Assembly: GCA_015231405.1 (NCBI GenBank)
Contig: JADGBR010000001.1
Coordinates: 385,762-449,761, forward strand
Source of the DNA: Candidatus Omnitrophota bacterium
Lineage (GTDB): Bacteria > Omnitrophota > Gorgyraeia > Tantalellales > Tantalellaceae
Reading direction: 5' to 3'
DNA length: 64,000 bases
A program made the translations under genes and the position numbers. The notes under the pieces are model-generated. The model was not told where the DNA came from, searched no databases, and saw nothing but the letters and a program-made list of their open reading frames with translations. This document shows, one piece after another, positions 48,201-57,400 of this stretch. The number at the start of each line of letters is the position of its first letter. Positions within the stretch are counted from its first letter, which is position 1.

Positions 48201-51200
48201 ACATCGGCTATCCCTTCTATAGTAAGATCTCCCGCTGCCATCATCTTTACGATACCCCTATGAATAGCGATGTTATACCCAACGTATTTATCTCCTCTGG
48301 CCTTTTCGCTTACCAGCCAGGCTTCATGGGTTTCTTTCGCGAGTAGCAGTAATGCCTGGTTATCACTATCGTTGAGTTCTAATGTGCCGGATTCGAACGC
48401 CTTTCTCAATCTGTCGTTCTCAGCCTTTACCTTCATTAACCCCTCATATACGGGTAACGCCCCTGCCAAACGGGCCTCTACCTCTATTACGTCGGTATCC
48501 CAAGCCTTTGACAAAGCAAGGATGATGTCTGAGTTCACTTTATCTTTTACCTGCTGGGCGCTTCCAAACACGCCTTCCAGACTCCGGCCGTTCCCTAAAA
48601 CATTGACAAGGTCTTCTAATGTGACAAATTTTGCTTCTTCGATCCTCTTTTTGCAATAATCATACACCTCTTTTTCGAAATCACCCCATTCTTTTTCCTC
48701 TGTATCGCTGATCCACTCTATTTTCGTTGCCCTTCTGCCTTTTTCTTCTTTATGATATTCTTCTATAAGATTCAGAACATCCGCCGGCATCATATTGTCG
48801 ATCATGAATTTCATAAGATTCATCATGCCGTCTCTATTTTTACCGAACTTGACTTGCGCCCAGGCCCAGCGATGCGAACCGGCAACCTCAACGCTGCCTC
48901 TATTCCTGCGGTCCTTAACTTCATGTTCTTTTAAAGCCTCCAGCATAGCCGGATCCGATTTAAGCATTTCCATGGTCTCTCTGGTAACACAAATATCAAT
49001 TTCATCAACATTCCTGCGCTTTTTTCTTATTGCGAAATTGATCTTCCGGTCCGCGTTAAAGAATACCGGCTCAGTATGCATATTCGGTTGTAATACCCTG
49101 AAATGAACCTTATAACCGTCATAAGGAGAACCCTTTTCGCTGTATACCAGATCCTGATAACCTTCTTCCGGAAGCGAATTATTGAACACATCCTGAGCTG
49201 TCTGCCTTGGGTCGCCTGCCGTATCCCTAACCTGGTCGCCTATCTTTACGGCGGCTGAATTTTCGCTGCCGGTTATATGAGCGCTTGTTATCTCACTTAT
49301 ATTCAAAATAATATTTTTAAGATCGCCGTTCACTATCATGGCGTCCTGTTCATTTTCCGGCTTTGAGCCTTTGTATATACCCACGCTAACCGTTCTAGCT
49401 GTTTCCCCGTCACCTTTCATGTCCATCTTAAATGAAACTAAAAGATTGTCTGCCTTATCGATCTCACTTCCTGAAATAACGACATAAGACGATTCTGTCT
49501 TGCCTCCTAGCGCCGACTCATTCCATTCCTGCTGGACAATGAAATTCTCGCCTCTTCCAATTTTCGCCAAAACCGCTACCTGCCTTTCTATGCGCGCCCG
49601 GTCAGGGCTTTCTACATCGGAAAACGCCGACAGTATCGCGATATTGGCATTCGCGGGATTTAAAGCCATTACCATGTCCAAAAACTTGTCAAATTCCGAG
49701 ATATCGCCGGATAATAATCTGAAATATGGACAGCCTTCGTACACCTTGAATTTAGGCATCACGCTGATATATGAATATCCTTCCGCCGCGCAAAGTTCGC
49801 GGAGATTGCTTTTATGAAAACCTCCTGTTACGAGCACCGCGATATTGGTACCGTCGGCAATCAGCTTATCGTTTATCTTTGACATGAACGCTTCATCGCG
49901 CTCAAAGGAACAGTCATAAAATTTTTCCATCTGCTGCATAAAACCGTCCAGTCGATCGATACTTTCCGGAAGCTCAGAGGCAAAACCGTGTTTCCTGTTG
50001 AACCCATTAAACAACCTTTTAATGTTAGATACGCTGAATTCGCTTTTGTGGCTTTTGTAATAAAGGTAAGTGTCTTTTACCAGGCCCGCTCGCAGTAGAT
50101 CCCCGATTATTTCTAAATGCTTCTCAATGAGATACAGATCTTTCTGGTCATCCTCGCTCATAAGAGATAGCATAAGTTTCTCCTCGATCGCGGCGAGCTC
50201 TTTATGAAGCATTGCTTTATCAATTTTTTCAAACTGCTCAAGATACGCAGAATATTTGACCAGATTAGGCAGCTCATCGAAATCAATAAGCTCCTTCCTC
50301 GCCTTCCTAAAAAGATATTTATACAGATCATCTTCATTAATGTCCTTCGTCCCGGCCTTCAAAGACATCATCGCTAATTCTTGTTCGTCATTTCTGGACA
50401 GCTTTTTGCTCAGCTTTTCGGTCAAAAGGTTTCTTTCCTGTCTCGCCTTCCTGAAATCTATATATTGTTCCTGCTCGATAACCTTTACCAGATCATTAAA
50501 ATGCCCATATCCATCCATCGATACGCCATAAGTGCCGCAGTTTTTATTTAAAAGCAATACCAGTTCTTTAAATCCGTCTTTTTTGCCCCTCTGATCTTTA
50601 AGGCTCCCGCTGACCTGTATCATTTCTTTTGAATAAATCTTGCTTCGGTAATTTAAAACCATGCTCGTTAACGTATTGATATCTTTTTCAGCTTCATCTT
50701 TAAAAGACATGGAATCCCTGAAAGCATTGAGGTTTTTAAAATATAGCTCAGGCATTTCCACCCCGAAAAGTTCTACAGCCTCCGGATTTAATAATTTAAA
50801 GTATTCAGGTCCGCTTAGGCGTCCTTCCCTCACAAAATAATCGGCTATTTCCTCTCTGATAGCGGTATCCTGAATGTCAGTGAAAACTGAAAGATCATAT
50901 TGCCCGCTTCCACCTTCCAGAAAAACAAGGTCTACCCCGTGATTGGCCGATAAATATCCGATAATATTTGAAATGGACTTTTGCGCGAAGTAATTACAAT
51001 GCGCGTCTTGAATATGCAGAATTGTTTTTCCGTTTGTGCCTGGAAGAACATCCTGTACACTGCCCATGCTTAAAGGTATATCCAAGCCGGCAATATCTGG
51101 CGGCACTTGTGCTTGCAGGTTTTCAGCTTTGGCTGAAGTCTCAAACGAACCGAAAGAAAATAGACTAAACATAAAGAAGACCGAAGTTGCAAGTGATACG

Positions 51201-51235
51201 TAATTAGTAATGGTCTTTCGTTTATAAATATTCAT
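45257..51235 (-). CDS. Exported capped protein: HIQDAHC N-domain, duplicated RyR-like module, C-cap (1992 aa)
   Basis: Signal peptide, HIQDAHC (50996-51016), TGGFH (49814-49828). Two ~220-aa internal copies containing LAKxTHxAWL..EKARG and WRLKNPWGG. Ends EVLRSL. Confidence 0.88.
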   Translation of the reverse strand: MNIYKRKTITNYVSLATSVFFMFSLFSFGSFETSAKAENLQAQVPPDIAGLDIPLSMGSVQDVLPGTNGKTILHIQDAHCNYFAQKSISNIIGYLSANHGVDLVFLEGGSGQYDLSVFTDIQDTAIREEIADYFVREGRLSGPEYFKLLNPEAVELFGVEMPELYFKNLNAFRDSMSFKDEAEKDINTLTSMVLNYRSKIYSKEMIQVSGSLKDQRGKKDGFKELVLLLNKNCGTYGVSMDGYGHFNDLVKVIEQEQYIDFRKARQERNLLTEKLSKKLSRNDEQELAMMSLKAGTKDINEDDLYKYLFRKARKELIDFDELPNLVKYSAYLEQFEKIDKAMLHKELAAIEEKLMLSLMSEDDQKDLYLIEKHLEIIGDLLRAGLVKDTYLYYKSHKSEFSVSNIKRLFNGFNRKHGFASELPESIDRLDGFMQQMEKFYDCSFERDEAFMSKINDKLIADGTNIAVLVTGGFHKSNLRELCAAEGYSYISVMPKFKVYEGCPYFRLLSGDISEFDKFLDMVMALNPANANIAILSAFSDVESPDRARIERQVAVLAKIGRGENFIVQQEWNESALGGKTESSYVVISGSEIDKADNLLVSFKMDMKGDGETARTVSVGIYKGSKPENEQDAMIVNGDLKNIILNISEITSAHITGSENSAAVKIGDQVRDTAGDPRQTAQDVFNNSLPEEGYQDLVYSEKGSPYDGYKVHFRVLQPNMHTEPVFFNADRKINFAIRKKRRNVDEIDICVTRETMEMLKSDPAMLEALKEHEVKDRRNRGSVEVAGSHRWAWAQVKFGKNRDGMMNLMKFMIDNMMPADVLNLIEEYHKEEKGRRATKIEWISDTEEKEWGDFEKEVYDYCKKRIEEAKFVTLEDLVNVLGNGRSLEGVFGSAQQVKDKVNSDIILALSKAWDTDVIEVEARLAGALPVYEGLMKVKAENDRLRKAFESGTLELNDSDNQALLLLAKETHEAWLVSEKARGDKYVGYNIAIHRGIVKMMAAGDLTIEGIADVNAFNGAKTKFKIKKNDLKFRPGNSAADFWKLIGKKADTFDDGDIVIKNIAGSWDDLVEIADNVEGIDPAGRKAYLYQLQADSVGAIINAMQDAELMSRMVSDNVDEAKQAVIEMLRNINAVWRLKNPWGGYNDKLLNRPFDVSENGIGVKEIKKDFDVMKAIFAVLGKDIGKYALNPGVVGILQKDAEKINDILLELDSEAALEAEILKNTRERPEVESLSGIGEDISGALAAESFLTENAAKRKVAQAITERLQALGVEDEVISLYSGSIRNLTEVYQKGDNDFRVRAGKNINSLKHVKLNLVPKTVKDLTDMFADKAVIQGSFSYDVFYAMAEEWNVRQWEIIARMKNGLTNYDALKSLQKISGDMRDKFVNETRSIYDSAGNDALALLAKQTHQAWLEGEKARGYQYVGYNKQIHDFLLGLLKNGELEIIGVKDAETFNGTKAKFKIKKSDLRFKGDTAVSNEDIFWRDVVGKDRSRFGDDDLVIKMVSGEWDDLAEIADEARRKFLFNLQADSVGTIINTFQTKRDLVKILGMKPSGDGRGLSANKIHALQRNAIIDMLRNINAEWRLKNPWGGFTDILLNKAFDTKERGGIGTDEIMKDFAVFKAILKVLHDNINSLALESDVKDDIIKAYEASQYELDRMSNRDEMEKSIVINAMSKPGNRQVPTFAGVPAGDVPDEEVTSAKMPGKNGGVSAHEINSQKPSVERETSALKNIEKPSIVIKVNGLEPISVDSDIFMDLMAKAKDLDMGIFAKCSKNIFEGEETFIGIGRNAEAAGEIDSVLQGYIQEVRGAASDKIKELKLGNITIRFFDETNPDEVHDIAAMTEQYGVNKAIVFTSRNEGDMRNEEVEKNAYMVYLGTENPEGKKTQPVEGSILAGIAYLDSAHWASRLERAPTDVSLYLEDINEATELFAKRLALMSGTVNYMDFLDMIAPKDSEQVRRLVASGEILVVIRPINVNEIREFYKAETEVLRSL

Positions 51236-51440
51236 GGCTTAATCCTTATTATGCATTATTTGTTTAATCACACGGAAGATGCAAATTAGACAATTATTCG
51301 CCTTAATATCTAATCTACCTTGTTATTAAACTTACCCTGAATGTGTGTTTAAGTAACTTTTCGAAGTATAACTGATGGTTATTCTGTCGTTCAGACTGTG
51401 TTCGGTGAATTTCATACTGTGAAACAGTCTGAATTCTGAA

Positions 51441-54400
51441 TTACAACGACCTCAACACCTCTTTCTGGGCCTCGTCCCAGTCGGCTATTTCCTGGTAATT
51501 AATACGGGTTATCTGCATCCGGATAGTACCCTGGAACACTTTATTGAATAGGGTGTTCAATATGCCGTTGAGCTCTGTTACATCGGTGACATTATCAAGG
51601 TTGTCTATCAGGTCCGAGCTTTCCGTGTTCATTTCGAAAAACCTGCATGAGTTGAGGAATAGCATATGTTTTTTAAGGATACGTGCCTTTTCAGCTTCAT
51701 TATAGTTGACTTCTCCGGCGATTATACGACTGTCGGCGCATAGAATATCGCCGACGGCGATTATTTTAGCCTCATCCGGTTTGTATGTGCTAAGGGTAGC
51801 GGCATCGACCGGATCGTACATGATTATCACCATGTTCTGTATATCGGGAGAATATCCGCTTAAAACTTCTTTAACAGTTAGTTTATCGGAGTCGGTTATG
51901 CAGTCGACGGTTATTTTGGGATAGGACGTTTTGTCCCTGGCTATAGCTTTCATTGCCAGATCGTCGATCGCGTACTTGAGTCGGGTCGCCAGATCATTAT
52001 CAGGGTTATCGTCAAAATGAATTACCTGGTCTTTGATCTTATCGTTTTTATCAGCTTTTCTTCTGAATTCCTGGTCGATCGTCGTCTGAACTGACGCCAT
52101 TTCCGGGTTCGGGCTTCTTATGAGGTGAATGTTCACCGTGCCTTTAAGCATATCGCCCCGCATGGACATCAGTTTCAACGTAAATGCCTGATTGGCGTCC
52201 GGGTCGATATGGTCCTGTAGGCCGAAAAGCCATTCTTTTTTCGGTGAGGCGTCCAATATTTTATGTTCCTGTGAGCTGTTGTAACGAATAAGAGCCTCTT
52301 CGCTGTCTGACATCCCCAGAGGCCTGGTAAGCTTGATCTTTTCTCTTAGTTCCGCTATAAAATCGTCAATGCCGAGTTTTTTCAACCCCTCCGGGGAGAT
52401 CTCTTTTAGGAGCGTAGCATAAGCTATCCTTACGTCTTTTCCTACGCCGCGCATAAAAGTATGTCTTGTCATTTTGGCGAATTCGGCGCCTTCCGGCAAT
52501 TCTATGAAACCTTCGCCGAGTTCGTGTATAAGCGCCAGCGGGTCATCGATCAGGTCGCGGTTCAGGTAGATCACACCTGTATTTTTGTCAATTATACCCT
52601 TAAGGTCATTATTGGCATCATTTTCCTCCATATGATCGATCGGGACCGCCCTACTGACTGAGCCAAGCGAAGTGATAAGCTTTTCGACGATCTTTCTGTC
52701 TTTTTCAGTCAGAGTGCTCCGCCCTTTTTTAGATAAAAGGGCCTGTATTGTGTCGATGATCTCTTTGGTCGGCTTTTCAGGGATGTCCTTCGGAATTGAT
52801 AGTTCGATGGCTTCCATATTATCTCCGCTTGTGCTCTTCACGGTAAGGAGGGTGTCGCTAGGTCTTTCGACGGCGAAACCGCCTGTTTTTAAAACGCCGT
52901 TTACGAATACCTTGCCGATGAGGCTATGATTTTCGGAATTCGCTCCTTCCGTATAGACAGGGTCGGGTATGAATGTTCCGTTACGTGAATTGAGGTCATT
53001 AACAATCCATCCGTCGGTGCTGCCCGGAATTATTTCGCAATGTTCTCTTGACGCTTGTCTATGCGTGACCATGATCTGTTCGCTGTCCCGGCCTATGAGG
53101 ATCCTGCCTATCCCCGTAATAACATTTCGTTCTTTTCCCTTGCGTATAACGGCTTCAACATTTCCTGACGCTCGATCGCGCATGACACTTATTATCTCGA
53201 TCACCGGCGCACTGCGGCTTGCGCCGATCTTGACAAATCTGGGATTTGGTGCGATATTGCCGACGGCTATCCGTTTCCACTGGGTAGGTTTGTCGGTAAA
53301 TGTTCCGTTCCTTGATTCAAGGTCGGTAAGGATAATAGTATCTCCATATCTCCTCAGTTTAAAATGCTCCCTCGATACTGAGAGTTCGGTGACAAAGTGC
53401 GTTCTGAAAATATCTCCCTTCCTTCCGATGGTGAGCTCTTGGCCGTCTTTTAGCGCTTCCGATATCGATAACGAATCAAGGATAACCCCTGGACGGCTCA
53501 ATTTAGTTAAAACGATCCTGTTTCCATAGAAATGCAGAATAAAGTTCCCGAACTTCACTCTTTTGGGGTCTATGACGGGGTTGATCCTGTCTTTGGCGGG
53601 ATCGGTCAGATCCCGGTCGTTTTTAGCCTTGTACCAGATACCATCATCAAGATCGGATACTTCGTCCGGGTTTAATACGGATGTTATCTTAGGTACGGTC
53701 ATTCTGGTGCCGTTAAGTGATCCCCTGTCCGTTACTTTAACAAGGATCTTGCCGTCGAGCATATAGAATGTGAGCATAAGATGGTTTCGGGATATACCCG
53801 GCGAATTTCTCGGGTATCTATTAGGTTCCGCGTTGTTGAAGTTATTACCTATTGTTATGGGCGTATTGAATTCAATCGTATGATTTTCGTTCCCTATCCG
53901 GAGCATCCTGACATTTGCTGCGCCGGCCGTAATTGAGCAAATTTCATTTTCAGGAGCGTCGGCATTTTTCCCCGAAATGGTAAAATGTATTTCATCAGAA
54001 TCGTTATTAAGCGTTATTAATCGCGGGATCATGCTTGAGGTATCGCTTCTATGCATATCGAATGACAGTCCGGGTTGAGGATTTAAAGGCATCACCGGCA
54101 GTAAAGCCAGGCTTAGCGCCCGTTCCATAATAGTATTGGATACCGATCCCGGGTCATTATCCAGCCGGGCGAGGACATCGGCGACAAGTTGATGTCTCAT
54201 TGTCCAATCGTAAATATCGTTATAGACCGAAACAAAACTTGTTATGGCTCTACGTGTTGTCAGAGCCAGGTCATCCGATTTCCCCGCGATGATAGCTCTT
54301 CCGGTCCGGTGATACTTTTCATGCAAGAGGATCAAACCCTGGTGGCTTATAAGATTCCTTTCGACGGCCCAAAGGAGCTGAGCTTTAGCCAGATCGATCC

Positions 54401-57400
54401 TGAGAGCCAAAACGTTTTCCCTGTTCTTCAATACGGGTGGCTCTAGGCCGTAATAAATAGCGAGCTCTGAAAGTTGGTCGACGGTCATGTTGGGGCGGAT
54501 GTTATTCAGCCGTTCGCCCATTACCGTGCCTTCAACCAGAAGGTTTACACTGTCAGAATCCATGTCAAGCGAAACATCGCTGACGGGAGACGACCAGCCT
54601 TTATCCATATCTTCATCGGCGATCTTCCCGTCCTGTTTCATAGCGGAATTTAACGATAGATAAGCATTCGCCGAAGAATATCGGTTAAACGGGATATCGC
54701 TGTCAGCTTTGACATGCCCCATGAATTTTTGGAGAAAAATATACTGCGAGGGTATGGATATATCCCTCACTTTCCAGAATTGCTGTTTGTCCGGATCCGG
54801 TCCTTCATGAGGTTTTGAAATATCGCTCAAGTGAAATCCGCCATCAGAGAGGAGGTTAAGTATCTCGTCTATCCTGCCTGTCTTGACCCACCCTTCGACT
54901 TCGGCGACTTTCATGGGGGATATGCTGTCTTCGAGACGCAAAGCAAGTTCCTCGATCACGGTCAGTTCCCTGCCAAGCTTCTTTTCGTAGTTAATTATTT
55001 TCGTCTGAAGAAATGACTCGCGGATATAATCCGGAGAAATGTGGTATCCGGACCCCGTTTCTGTGGGAGTGACGCCTGCATAGTATTCGACAGCGCCTTG
55101 ACCGGTCCCAAGTGTTGGCCTGGCTTCGATCCCGTTCATTCTCCTGTATAGCTCAAGATAATGATCCCGTTCAGCGTCAGTTATGAACCCCGAAGTACGA
55201 TAAAAATCAAGAAGGTATTTAGTCGTTATAATTCCCCCTCTACCCCTGTCCTTGCATACAAGGAACGGCGCGCCATATGTGAGCCTCTCAATATTATGGG
55301 CAAAAAGTTCATTAAGGCTGTTCCCCCACGTTAAGGGAAATTCCGTAAGTCTCTGGCGATCATGAGCTCCGACGATATCCCGGAATTCTTCAACTTTTAC
55401 CGGAACATCAGCTACTCCAAGTACAGGCGTACTATCGGTTATCATCCCGAAATTCCCTTTTATGAACCGTTCTCTGTCAGGGATGGGGCCCAGCCAGTTC
55501 AAAAATGCGACATGACCCAATTCATGCGGGAAAACTATGGGATACTCGGATACCCCCATCCTGTTACTAATAGGGTCATATGACATATCTCCCGATACCG
55601 ATAGACCTTTATTTTTTATCTCGCCGACCAGCAGGGTTACAAGAGATTCCGGTATGACTTTTTTGACCTCACTTCCCATCCCTTTACCTTTAGAATTTAT
55701 CCCCATATAAAACTGTCCGGTAAAGGGATGTTTCCCGCCGATCATTGAAACTGCTATGTCATCACCGTCGGGAAGGATGCCATGATCGTCCAGTACTTTC
55801 ATTTTAGCCTTATTGTCAATGAATTCGCGCAAAGCTTTGCCTAATGGGGTCTGGCCTGAGGGAGTATCAATGGATATGCCAGGATGATAATACGGGGTAG
55901 TGAACTCGATTATTCTTCTATGTCCGGACCTTCTTTTCGGGTCCCCTGGGAATGAATTGCCCAGGGAGGTGTTTTCCAGGACTTCATGCAGGAGATATTC
56001 GTCCAGCAGATCCATGTCGCCTGTTTCTATCAAATGCTCGATAAAATCGATGGCAAGGGCGCTTTTGTAACCTATGATATATTTATCGCTACTTTCGACA
56101 TTGGACCTGAATAATTTAAAAACCTGCTGGATAGCTCCAGGCTGACCGCTGGTAAGAAGGGTCTGATAATCGTAAAGTTTTAAGGATACTTTCCCGTATT
56201 CGTCCGCCGTTAAAGCGGTTTTTAAAGCGGTTGTAAGTTTCATGGGTTTCCCGTTCTCGAACATGAGAGCGAACCGTTCGGTCGTGACGCGGACAACATC
56301 CTTATCTATTTGCCATTCTTTTAAAAGATTGTCACTGTCATTGAACCAGTCGGTTATCTCCTGGGGAAGGTATCCGCCGGATATAGTACCGAGTTCAGCC
56401 GGAGATATTTCGGGTGAATTATCAATGCGAGCCAGGATCTCCGGAATGGTTATTTCTAACCTTTCCCCCTGTCCGATGGAAGCGATAACGGCCTCATTGG
56501 CTACTAACGCTATTTCGTTCTTATCCAGGTTCTCAGCTCTTATCCTGGCCATTTCTTTGACGATCTTTACCGCGACCTGAAATAGGTCCATCCCTTCCCC
56601 GCCCCAGACTTCAACGCCCAGCGTCGAAAGATGGGAAGCTACCGCTATCATGGCTATTTCGCTCAGGGCCGGTTTTATCGCGAGTTGTATGTCGGTTGAA
56701 AAACCCGCCAGGAGGTCGAAGTAGGGGTTCTTGTACCCTTCATCGCTCTGAAATTTCGGGATGACGGATATATAGGAGATATTATTCTCGCGGAACAGCC
56801 TCGCCAGGTTCTCGGTGTGAAAACCTCCCGTAAAAAGTATGGCGGCTTTTTTGCCGCCGTAAATATCGTCGAATTTCAGGTTGGCGAGGAATGTCTCATC
56901 CCTGGAAAATGAGTATTCGAAGAAAGCTGTTATCTCCCCGATATAGCCGTCAAGCGCCTCTATCCCGGAAAGGTCAGGCGTCGCGACGGCGTATTTGTTA
57001 GCGGCTCTTTTAATGAAATCCGTGAAAACCGACGCGGTTATGGAGTTCTTGTTATCAACATAGAAACGATAGTCGGATCTTGTCAGCTTAAAAGCGAACA
57101 TGTTCTTGAGTAAAGAGAGGTCCATAGAAAGCCTGTCGAGCTTTTTTATGTCCTCGTCGGTAAAGAGCCTGTTCTTTAATGCCGTTTCAAGCCCGGATAT
57201 TTCATCCATAAGCCGGGACCTGTCAACGGATTCATACGCGTTTATATAGTCGACATATCTGGTGAGCGACGGATATTCGCCAAGGTCAAATCTAAGTTCA
57301 GATGCCTTTCCCAAAAGATAAGCGTAAAAAGTTTTCAGAGTTACTACCTTCTGCTTATATTCGAGCGTTTTTACGGCAAGCTCCTGGGTCTGGTTCCGGG

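Noticed and set aside
51390-51433. Intrinsic terminator after the 2263-aa gene (TTCAGACTGT/ACAGTCTGAA)
   Set aside because: The inverted repeat is real but AT-rich, has a long loop and no U-tract on the minus strand, so a function is not supportable.
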